DNA of 41,498 nucleotides from a virus (Duplodnaviria; Caudoviricetes). Positions 26,946-34,756 of the stretch are shown here, one piece after another. Each line of letters opens with the position of its first letter. The first letter of the stretch is position 1. A program made the translations under genes and the position numbers. The stretch is from positions 1 to 41,498 of the IMG/VR virus record IMGVR_UViG_3300037483_000113. The stretch is one strand, 5' to 3'. The notes under the pieces were generated by a model. The model had not been told where the DNA came from. It did no database searches and saw nothing but the letters and a program-made list of their open reading frames with translations.

Positions 26946-27455
26946 ATGAGTGCAATGAACGCACCGCTCTGGGCCATCGCGGAAGACCTGGAGGTCATCG
27001 CTGGAGAGATCGCGGAGAACGGCGGCGAGTTGACGCCAGAGTTGGAGGCGCGGCTGGATGCGCTCGATGGCGCGTTCGAGGCCAAGGTGGAGCGGGTCGC
27101 GCTGGCGAGCCGCACCTACGCCGCCCACGCGGAGGCGGCCAAGACCGAGGAGGCGAGGCTGGCGGCTATCCGCAAGAGCCTGGAGGGCCGCGCCGACGCG
27201 CTCAAGCGGTATCTGCTCGGCGCCATGCGTCGCACTGGCACGCTCAAGGTGGAGACGCCGCGCGCTCGGGTCAGGGTCCAGAAGAATGGTCAGCCGACTA
27301 TCACGTGGACCCGTTCGCTGGATGAACTGCCGGAGGCGTACCGTCGCGTGACGGTCGCCCCCGACGTGGCGATGGCCCGTGACACCCTCCGGGCTGGTGG
27401 CGATCCGCCGGACGGGTTCGCGGTGGACTATGGCTTCCACGTCCGCATCCAGTAG
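26946..27455 (+). CDS. Siphovirus Gp157-family protein
   Basis: ENGGELTPE, FEAKVE, EEARL..RKSLE..A..LKRYL; adjacent to erf. Confidence 0.88.
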   Translation: MSAMNAPLWAIAEDLEVIAGEIAENGGELTPELEARLDALDGAFEAKVERVALASRTYAAHAEAAKTEEARLAAIRKSLEGRADALKRYLLGAMRRTGTLKVETPRARVRVQKNGQPTITWTRSLDELPEAYRRVTVAPDVAMARDTLRAGGDPPDGFAVDYGFHVRIQ

Positions 27456-27463
27456 GGGGCACC

Positions 27464-28237
27464 GTGCGTCACTCTGAGAGTATCGCCAAGTTGGCCGCCG
27501 CGCTCGTGAAGGCTCAGGCCGAGGTGGAGAACGCCACCAAGAACGCAGCCAACCCGTTCTATCGTTCCCGGTACGCGGACCTGACCGAGATCCTCCGCGT
27601 GACGAAGCCAGTCTTCGCGACCCACGGACTCGCCGTCGTGCAATTCGTGGCCACGGGGGCGGACGGTACCGCGTCGCTGGAAAACGTCATCCTACACGAG
27701 TCTGGCGAGTGGATGGCCGAGACGGCCAGCGCGCCCTTGGCGCCAAAGGAGACGAAAGAGGGGCCGAAGCCGTCCGACGCCCAGAGCCTTGGGAGCGCCA
27801 TCACCTATCTGCGCCGGTACTCGCTGGCCGCTATCGCCGGTATCACGCAGGAAGACGATGACGGCAACGCTGCGAGCCACCCGCCGAAGGCCGAGGCGTC
27901 CGCGCGCCAGGACGTCCCCGCGAAGTCCGCCCCCACCGATGCGGGCGACATGATCCCGTGCCCGAAGTGCGGCGGCGGCATGTACGACAACCGCGTGGGC
28001 AAGAAAAACCCGAAGGGGCCGGACCTCAAGTGCAAGGACAAGAGCTGCGACCATGCCATATGGCTTGACGGCTGGCGGAAGGATCTGCTCAAGGAAATCG
28101 AGGCCGCCCACACCGTTGAGGCCATCGACGCTCACGAGCGCGAGCGCGCCGAAACCGCGGTCGCAACCATGGTCCCGGCCAAACTGGACGGCGTCCAGAA
28201 GTGGCTTGCGGACCTCGCACAGAACGCGGGTGCATGA
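27464..28237 (+). CDS. erf: ERF-family ssDNA annealing protein with a C-terminal Zn ribbon
   Basis: KNAANPFYRSRYADL, LHESGEW, QSLGSAITYLRRYSL, EDDDGN; CPKCGG.M.DNR. Confidence 0.95.
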   Translation: MRHSESIAKLAAALVKAQAEVENATKNAANPFYRSRYADLTEILRVTKPVFATHGLAVVQFVATGADGTASLENVILHESGEWMAETASAPLAPKETKEGPKPSDAQSLGSAITYLRRYSLAAIAGITQEDDDGNAASHPPKAEASARQDVPAKSAPTDAGDMIPCPKCGGGMYDNRVGKKNPKGPDLKCKDKSCDHAIWLDGWRKDLLKEIEAAHTVEAIDAHERERAETAVATMVPAKLDGVQKWLADLAQNAGA

Positions 28238-28662
28238 TGGCGACGTTTCGCGAGATCGCCGCCCGTAAACACCCGCAGAACAGCGCGCGGGAGACGCTGG
28301 TGGCCTCGCTGGGGGCCGATCCCTACGACCGGCTCGCGGAACTCGCGGCGCTCGGTGAACGCAAGGCGAAGGCTGCGGGCACGGCGTACCACATGGACCA
28401 CATGCGGAAGGTGGTCCTGGCCCACGTCGCTGGCGAACTCGCGGTGGTCCACGCGAAGGAGGGGCTGTCCGAGGCGAAACTGGAACGGCTCGCCCGGGCG
28501 GATGATCGGTACCGCCAGCACATCGAAGGCACGTCGGCGGCGGTCGAAGAAAGCGAACTGGCCCAGGCCGAATACTGGCGGCTCCGGGCGGAGCTCCTGT
28601 GGGACGAGAAGGCGATAAGCCACTACAACGCGATGTCCAAACTTGGAGACCCAACCCCATGA
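28234..28662 (+). CDS. Helical protein, possible recombination mediator
   Basis: SEAKLERLARADDRY helix next to erf; function inferred from context only. Confidence 0.6.
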   Translation: MMATFREIAARKHPQNSARETLVASLGADPYDRLAELAALGERKAKAAGTAYHMDHMRKVVLAHVAGELAVVHAKEGLSEAKLERLARADDRYRQHIEGTSAAVEESELAQAEYWRLRAELLWDEKAISHYNAMSKLGDPTP

Positions 28663-29147
28663 ACCGAGACATCCAGAAGGCCCGAGACCTCCGTGTCCGA
28701 GCGGTACGTCGCTACCGGGAGCGGGTCATGCGTGAGACGCTGGCCGGCGAACGGCCATGGAACACGATCCCGAAGGCCAACCAGAAGCGGAAGGCGAAGC
28801 GGGCCGAGGCCGACGAGGTGTACGGGACGTACCACAGATGGGTGCGTGACGAGTCGGGCGAGCCGTGCGCGCTGGTCCTGGGCCACGGCGGCCATCGGTG
28901 CGGCTGGTTCGCGGTCCGGACGAAGATGGAGGCGCACCACCTCAAGCACGTCGGGTCAGGCGGCAAGGACGCGGCCAACGAAATTCGAGTTTGTCCATGG
29001 GCTCATGATTTACTGCACCAGCACGGCCCCGACTACGCCCGCGACGAGCACGGGCTTGACCTGATCGGCACGGCCCGCGCCATGCATGCCTACTACGTCC
29101 GCGAGGTGGTGCCCGTGATCCACGACAGGAGCGAGGGGGTGTCATGA
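28659..29147 (+). CDS. HNH-like nuclease (DUF968-like)
   Basis: PC...C..EAHH...GSGGKD...VC..AH..LH. Confidence 0.75.
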   Translation: MNRDIQKARDLRVRAVRRYRERVMRETLAGERPWNTIPKANQKRKAKRAEADEVYGTYHRWVRDESGEPCALVLGHGGHRCGWFAVRTKMEAHHLKHVGSGGKDAANEIRVCPWAHDLLHQHGPDYARDEHGLDLIGTARAMHAYYVREVVPVIHDRSEGVS

Positions 29148-29521
29148 TCCAGCCAGGGACGCACGTCGTGAGGTCCGACCATGGACCAAGGCCAGCGGGA
29201 CCACCGGATCGGTGTTTCTACTGCGATGCGAGGCTGGGCGAACTCCACGCCGATGAATGTGCCCTACGGACCCGCACCGTCGTGGTACGCGCGACGGTGG
29301 AGTACGTGATCGAGGTCCCTGAGTTCTGGGACGAGCACACGGTCGAGTTCAGCCGCAACGACTCCTCATGGTGCGCCAGCAACATCTTCCACGAATTGGA
29401 GGCGCTTGAGGCGGGCCAGTGTCTGTGCCCGTTCGTGTCGTTCGCGTTCGTGCGAGAAGCGTCCGGCGATGAAACGGCGGACTATCATGCCCGCCTCCAA
29501 CACCAAGGTGAGGCAGAATGA
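29144..29521 (+). CDS. Hypothetical protein
   Basis: CFYC..G..H..C motif; ATGA coupling. Confidence 0.75.
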   Translation: MIQPGTHVVRSDHGPRPAGPPDRCFYCDARLGELHADECALRTRTVVVRATVEYVIEVPEFWDEHTVEFSRNDSSWCASNIFHELEALEAGQCLCPFVSFAFVREASGDETADYHARLQHQGEAE

Positions 29522-29919
29522 GCCTCCAGGCCCGCACCGCCGACCTGCCCCTGTTCGCCACCCCCGAGCCCGAACGCGCGAAAGCCGAGTCCGTCCTGGA
29601 CCGCATGGCCCGTGAGCGCCGGGCGTGGCTCGAGCGGATGCGCGCGGCCCTGGCCGGCCTGTACGAGCACCGGGTGACGACGTGGGGAGCCCTCCGACAC
29701 CCCGCCTTCGTGACGGCCGACGATGCCCGCCGACTGATGCGGGACATGCCCGACCTGGCGCTACCGGAGGGTGCCTCGCCGAACACGATGGGCGCCCTGT
29801 TCCGCACCCGGGAGTGGGAGTGCATCGACCGGGGGCACGTATCTACGACGATTGGAAGTCACGGAAACCTACTCGCTCGCTGGCGCTACGTCGGGCCACG
29901 CAACGGAGACGCAGCATGA
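29518..29919 (+). CDS. Hypothetical protein, possibly DNA-binding
   Basis: VTADD, PNTMGALF, SHG...RW pattern; coupled to neighbours. Confidence 0.75.
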   Translation: MSLQARTADLPLFATPEPERAKAESVLDRMARERRAWLERMRAALAGLYEHRVTTWGALRHPAFVTADDARRLMRDMPDLALPEGASPNTMGALFRTREWECIDRGHVSTTIGSHGNLLARWRYVGPRNGDAA

Positions 29920-30257
29920 GCACCGAACACGAGAAGTTCGAGACGTGGGCCGTGGTCGAGTTGTTCGGCCACCAGATCATCGCGGGGCTCGTCACTGAGC
30001 AGCAGATCGGCGGGCAGGGCTTCGTCCGGGTGGACGTGCCCTCTGTCGATGTGCTTGAGGTGGGCGGGACCATCGCCGCCACGGACGCCTTTACGAAGTT
30101 CTACGGGGCGGGAGCGATCTACGCGATGTCCCCGTGCTCCGAGGACGTAGTGCTCGACCACGTCCGCCAGGCCAGACCCAAGCCGATCCACCTGTATCTG
30201 CCGGAGCTGCGGGCCATTCCCGCGAGGTCCGACGACTTCGACGGGGACGTGTTCTGA
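29916..30257 (+). CDS. Conserved phage protein
   Basis: WAVVELFGHQ.IAG.V.E......FVRVDVP...TKFYG..AIY. Confidence 0.82.
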   Translation: MSTEHEKFETWAVVELFGHQIIAGLVTEQQIGGQGFVRVDVPSVDVLEVGGTIAATDAFTKFYGAGAIYAMSPCSEDVVLDHVRQARPKPIHLYLPELRAIPARSDDFDGDVF

Positions 30258-30556
30258 TGAGCAAGATCGCAGCAGGCAAGGCGACCCTGGGCGCCGCCAT
30301 CGAGGACGAGCTGGACGCCCTGGCCGCCGACATCCGCGATTTCGTGGCCCGTGCGCGTGAAGCGGGCAAGGACGCGCGGGGCCTCAACGACCTGGGGGCC
30401 GGTTTCAACGGCCTGGCGTCCACGCTGGAGGTGGCCGCCGGTCAGGTGGAGGACATCCGAACCGAGGCCCGGGCCTGGCTCGGCGCCCACAAGGAGCCGA
30501 TCACGGAGCGGACGAACGCCGCACTGCTGGGCGAGATCCGGGGAGCGGTCGCATGA
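30257..30556 (+). CDS. Hypothetical helical protein
   Basis: TGATG and ATGA coupling. Confidence 0.7.
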   Translation: MSKIAAGKATLGAAIEDELDALAADIRDFVARAREAGKDARGLNDLGAGFNGLASTLEVAAGQVEDIRTEARAWLGAHKEPITERTNAALLGEIRGAVA

Positions 30557-30990
30557 GCATCGCAATCAACGCCCTGATCGTGATCGGTCTCGTCTCCGTC
30601 GGCGCCATGATCGGTGTGGTAGTCGCCGCCTTGGCCACAGCCGCAGCGCGTGTGGACCGCGAGCGGGAGGTCTACGAAGAAGGTCTCCGTCAGGGGCTCG
30701 ACGAGGCCATGATCCTACCGACCGGGGCCGAATGGATTTCCTCGCCGTGCATGGCGCCTCGGGGCATGGAAGACGCCCGCGCCGAAGCCATGGCGGTGCA
30801 GAAGCTCACGCCCTACTCGGTGGTCACCTGGTACGTGCCGCGCCTCGGCGGCGTGACAATCTACGTCCCCGACGAGCCGAAGTACCGGACGCGGGCGGAA
30901 GCGGTCGAAGCGGCCCGGGCGTTCAAGGCGCGGATCCCCGTGGCGGTGCCGGTGGAGAGCTTGGCGCCCGAAGCGGTGACGGTCCCATGA
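30553..30990 (+). CDS. Hypothetical protein with an N-terminal TM
   Basis: Hydrophobic residues 3-30; coupled start. Confidence 0.7.
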   Translation: MSIAINALIVIGLVSVGAMIGVVVAALATAAARVDREREVYEEGLRQGLDEAMILPTGAEWISSPCMAPRGMEDARAEAMAVQKLTPYSVVTWYVPRLGGVTIYVPDEPKYRTRAEAVEAARAFKARIPVAVPVESLAPEAVTVP

Positions 30991-31272
30991 ATGCCGCCCA
31001 GCAAGCCGACATCGGCCAGCGTCTCGCGCTCGGGGCCGAAGACCGTGGCGTCCTCCTGGAGCGCGCCCAGGGCGACGGACGTGGCGGCAGGCTCCGACTC
31101 GCACGTCACCATCTGGCAGGGCGATGCGCTCGCGGTTCTCCGCACTATGCCGGACGCCTCGATGCATTGCTGCGTGACGAGCCCGCCTTATTGGGGGCTG
31201 CGGGACTACGGCGAGCCTGGGCAGCTTGGCCTTGAGCCGGCTGGTCGAAGTGACCCGGTTGTAGAAACGTGA
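30991..31272 (+). pseudogene. Truncated beta-class N4/N6 DNA methyltransferase
   Basis: IWQGDALAVLRTMPDASMHCCVTSPPYWGLRDYG..GQLGLE, then a stop; no SAM-binding FxGxG part. Confidence 0.85.
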
Positions 31273-31306
31273 ACAAGAACTACACACACCCAAGGAGAAC
31301 CGACAC

Positions 31307-32023
31307 ATGACCCAGATTGACGCGCTGCCCCTCGCTCGCTTGGGGGCCGACGACTGCAAGGCGCTCAAGGCCGCCGTGTCCGTGGACGAGGACCGGCCCA
31401 TCCTGAACAACGTGCTCTTGCGAGACGGCATCGCGGAGGCCACCAACGGGCGCGTGCTCGTGCGCATCCCCATGGTCGGCCCGGGCGGCGAGGAGTTTGC
31501 CTTGCCCTCCGACTGCGCGGGCAATCGCTTCCTGCTCCACCGTTCGGCCCTGGAACACGTCAAGGGCGGTACCGCGCTGGAGGTGGACATGCGCACCGGC
31601 GAAGTGTGGGTCGTGGCCGCCGGGGAGCAGAAGGACGGCTACCCCATCGAACTCCCAGACGCCGAGATCGAGACGGTTGGCATCGCATACCCGGACACCG
31701 ACAAGGCGCTTCCCGTGGTGGACGGCGGGTACCGGACCCTCCGCCTCGGCGCCCCCGTCATCAAGGCTATGCTCGCGTTCGCCGGTGGCACGTCGAAACA
31801 CCCCGGGTCGCTGACGCTCATGGTCCCGCCGGAGGGTGATGGCGAGGGTGTGTGCACCGCGCTCACGTTCCGCCGCCGTGGCGAAATCCCGCGCACCGGC
31901 CTCGTCATGCCCATGCGCTCGTTCGACGAGGGGGCCGACGCACCCGAGCCCACCGACAAGCCCGAGTCCACAGATCCAGCCCAGGCCGATGCGTTCCCGA
32001 CGCCTGAGGGCGAAGCCGCGTGA
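31307..32023 (+). CDS. DNA polymerase III beta-clamp-like protein
   Basis: VSVDEDRPILNNV, ATNGRVL, YPDTDKALP and C-terminal GLVMPMR match clamp motifs; AGGAG RBS. Confidence 0.72.
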   Translation: MTQIDALPLARLGADDCKALKAAVSVDEDRPILNNVLLRDGIAEATNGRVLVRIPMVGPGGEEFALPSDCAGNRFLLHRSALEHVKGGTALEVDMRTGEVWVVAAGEQKDGYPIELPDAEIETVGIAYPDTDKALPVVDGGYRTLRLGAPVIKAMLAFAGGTSKHPGSLTLMVPPEGDGEGVCTALTFRRRGEIPRTGLVMPMRSFDEGADAPEPTDKPESTDPAQADAFPTPEGEAA

Positions 32024-32475
32024 CGCTTGTCACCTGGACCCCCACCGTCTGCCCGACGTGCGGCGACGAGCTACCCGGCCTCGGCACCTACTGCGAGGGG
32101 TGCGCCGCCTACGTGGAGGACATGGGCGCCACCACCGACGCCACGCCCGAGGCACGTGCGCGGGCGATCAAGGACACGCGCACCGAGGCCGAGGTCCAGC
32201 TTGCCATCCGCAGAACAGCCGAAGCCCTTGGGTACGACGTGTACGACCTGAGCCAGGGCAGACCTACACGCCAACCCGCAGGTGTGCCGGATCTCTACGT
32301 GAGGGGCCACGGGAGGCGAGTGTGGATCGAGGTCAAGCGACCATCGGGCGGGCATGTGTCGGAGCACCAGGGGGCGTTCATCGACGGCGAGCGGGAGCAC
32401 GGCGGCGAAGCGTTCGTCGCTCGTTCTGAGCAGGACTTCATCCGGTGGCACGAAGGACGGGTGAGCGCGGTATGA
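32020..32475 (+). CDS. VRR-NUC domain nuclease with an N-terminal Zn ribbon
   Basis: TEAEVQ, GVPDL, WIEVKRP.G...SEHQ; CxxC..CxxC. Confidence 0.9.
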   Translation: MTLVTWTPTVCPTCGDELPGLGTYCEGCAAYVEDMGATTDATPEARARAIKDTRTEAEVQLAIRRTAEALGYDVYDLSQGRPTRQPAGVPDLYVRGHGRRVWIEVKRPSGGHVSEHQGAFIDGEREHGGEAFVARSEQDFIRWHEGRVSAV

Positions 32476-32482
32476 CGGCCAT

Positions 32483-33060
32483 GGGGACGCGGCTGCGGCC
32501 CGCAAGGGATGGGGGGTCAGAGCCCCACCGGAGGCTCTTCTACTCCGGCCAGCCGCGTACCCCTTTACTTTCGACGGCGGGCGACTGTAACTTTCGTTCA
32601 GCTCCGAAAGTGCCTGGACGGCATCACCATGAGCTAAGAAGGGCCAGCACGTCTCCCCCGCGCTTCCAAGGCCGGGGCACCCACCGTCCAGGGGGTGTCG
32701 GAGCGACGCGCTGGTCCTTCGCTTTTCATGGTCATGAACAGAACTCTGACACCGTCATCTGTGAGCCCGCCCCCTCCCCGGCGTGTGCCCGAATCAGACG
32801 GGATGAAAGCGCCCAAGCCCTCCAATCAAATCCACGCAACGCAGCGGTGCAACGTGGTCGGTCACAGGCTTGGGCGTTCGTGCATCCACACGGCACGCGG
32901 TGGGTTCTCCCGGCATCGTTAGGAGCGGGTCGCGATGCGGACGGCCTACGGGTGCAAGCCGCCGCTCCGGGAGTCACAGGGAAGGTGGCAACCTCAACGG
33001 TCCAGTCCTGTGACCGTTAAACCGAGGCATGGCAACCGCAGAGGAGCAAATGACGATGCC
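32483..33060 (+). ncRNA. Candidate large structured ncRNA (may extend to about 33340)
   Basis: More than 15 complementary pairs of 5-11 bp found by eye; G-U wobbles fit the + strand; GCAA tetraloops; no convincing protein ORF. Confidence 0.68.
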
Positions 33061-33355
33061 TAATCGCATAGGACCCGGAAACCGATTCGTGCGCGCCTTC
33101 ACTCGGGCCGAAGCCCGCGCTCGGTTGCGCGCCGTGGCCCGAGAAGTGGGCGGGACCCCCCGCCAGTGTGAGATCCCCCACGTCTGTGCGATCATCGGCG
33201 CGCTGGGTTGCCGGACGCTCTCGGGGGCCGTCGTACATCGAGCGCAGCCACGCCTTTCGGGTGCGACTCCGCACGGAGCATTGGGACGACTTCGTGGGGC
33301 GCAACAGCCAGGGAGCGCACCCCATGACCCCACGGTATAGCCGAGAGGGGGGCGC

Positions 33356-34195
33356 GTGAGCGACAGGAACGGAGCACTCAAAGCATTATTGGCGCAACGG
33401 CCAGCGTGGGCGAATAGGATCGTCCTGGCTGGCGTGTGTGGGTCAGATTCGCACGGCACCAAGCTCCCGCCAGAGCATCCGCGCCACACGGACGACGTGG
33501 ACACCTTTGGGGTGTCCGTCCAGCCTACATCTTGGTATCTCGGGCTGAGTGGCTATCACGGCAGCGCCCGCCAGTCGTGGACCACGGCAGGGGAGCATTA
33601 CGACCACCTCATCCACGATGTTCGCAAGATGTTCGCGCTTCTCATCAAGGGGAACCCGAACGTTCACTCTTGGCTGTGGGCAGACCCGGAAGATGTCCTC
33701 CTCTGCACGCCAGCCGGGCGACTAATTGTGGACAACCGGCGACTGTTCTTGAGCGCGCGGTGTTTCGCCGCCCTTGCCGGTTACGCGCGCGCCCAACTTC
33801 ACAAGATGGATCGCAAGCGGTACCAGGGATATCAGGGCGCGAAACGCAGGGCGATGGTGGACGAATTGGGCTACGACGTGAAACACGCCGCCCACTGCAT
33901 CCGCCTGCTCAACATGGGAATCGAGTTGGCGCGGACGGGGGAAATGGCGACGCGCCGTCCGGTAGCGGAGGCCGTAACCTTGACGGAGATCAAGGCTGGA
34001 GAATGGCCGTTCCGCCGCACGGAGAGCCTCGCCAGTGACCTGTGGGTCAGGTTTCAGGACGCCGAACGCTCCGCCACGCTTCCACCCGAGCCAGACGCGG
34101 AAGCTGCCGACGCGCTGCTGCTGTCTGTGATCGAAGCCGCCGACCGCGCCCCCACGCACGAAGACCTGAACGAAGGGAGGGAGCCGAGGCTATGA
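33356..34195 (+). CDS. Pol-beta superfamily nucleotidyltransferase (RlaP/YcgL-like)
   Basis: GSDSHG...DDVDTFGV catalytic motif, KGNPN, FAALAGYARAQL, GYDVKHAAHCIRLL, EIKAG. Confidence 0.9.
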   Translation: MSDRNGALKALLAQRPAWANRIVLAGVCGSDSHGTKLPPEHPRHTDDVDTFGVSVQPTSWYLGLSGYHGSARQSWTTAGEHYDHLIHDVRKMFALLIKGNPNVHSWLWADPEDVLLCTPAGRLIVDNRRLFLSARCFAALAGYARAQLHKMDRKRYQGYQGAKRRAMVDELGYDVKHAAHCIRLLNMGIELARTGEMATRRPVAEAVTLTEIKAGEWPFRRTESLASDLWVRFQDAERSATLPPEPDAEAADALLLSVIEAADRAPTHEDLNEGREPRL

Positions 34196-34455
34196 ACGAC
34201 ATCGAGCGGGCGGTGGAGGCGATGGAGCGGATCGCAAGCCTCAACCACACACTTGACGCACCCATGGGGGATGACGCCCGACTGGATCTGGCGTGTGACA
34301 CGGCCCGCGAGGTCCTCGAACGGCTGCGCCGCTACGAGGTGGTGGAGGGCTGTCACGACTCCAGGATAGACGAGTTCCGCAGACACGTTGCGGGCCGCGA
34401 TCATGAGCGCCCCGCTCTGCTGCTAGTGCGCGCACCCGAGACAGAGGAGAAGTGA
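34192..34455 (+). CDS. Hypothetical protein
   Basis: ATGA coupling, purine-rich RBS. Confidence 0.65.
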   Translation: MNDIERAVEAMERIASLNHTLDAPMGDDARLDLACDTAREVLERLRRYEVVEGCHDSRIDEFRRHVAGRDHERPALLLVRAPETEEK

Positions 34456-34456
34456 G

Positions 34457-34756
34457 GTGGGCTCCATGACGCGCAAGGACTACCGCGCCTATGACGAGAT
34501 CGTGGTAGGCGACATCGTGGACCTTGGCGGCAAGCCCCGTCGCGTTGAGCATGTTACTCGCGATGACCGGGACCGGGTGCGTTTCATTGGCGTGAACCGG
34601 CTAGCGTGCGGCTACGCGAAGGATCTGCACGGGCGCACCAAATCCTACTGCACCGGCCCGGTCCTGCTCTATCACACCGACCTCATGAGCAGCCCGCAGT
34701 ATCGCTTTCGTGGATGGTTCAAGCGCGCAAGAGCAACCGAGGAGACAGGGACGTGA
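34457..34756 (+). CDS. Hypothetical protein
   Basis: GAGGAG RBS; GTGA coupling downstream. Confidence 0.65.
   Translation: MGSMTRKDYRAYDEIVVGDIVDLGGKPRRVEHVTRDDRDRVRFIGVNRLACGYAKDLHGRTKSYCTGPVLLYHTDLMSSPQYRFRGWFKRARATEETGT

Noticed and set aside
29916-30257. Enzymatic (acetyltransferase) assignment for this conserved protein
   Set aside because: No acetyl-CoA-binding GNAT motif is visible; kept as conserved hypothetical
32483-32563. Canonical tRNA gene
   Set aside because: No TTCRA T-loop, D-loop consensus, 7-nt anticodon loop or CCA end
32581-33008. Group I intron (P7-like GCGACTG / CAGTCC pairing) or group II intron
   Set aside because: No recognisable P4-P6 elements upstream, no interrupted host gene and no group II domain V; left for cmscan to settle
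32445-33020. Protein-coding ORF across the structured region (ATG 32472 overlaps the VRR-NUC stop)
   Set aside because: The translation looks like non-coding GC-rich sequence with no motif and weak third-position GC bias; long chance ORFs are common here. Translation is not strictly excluded
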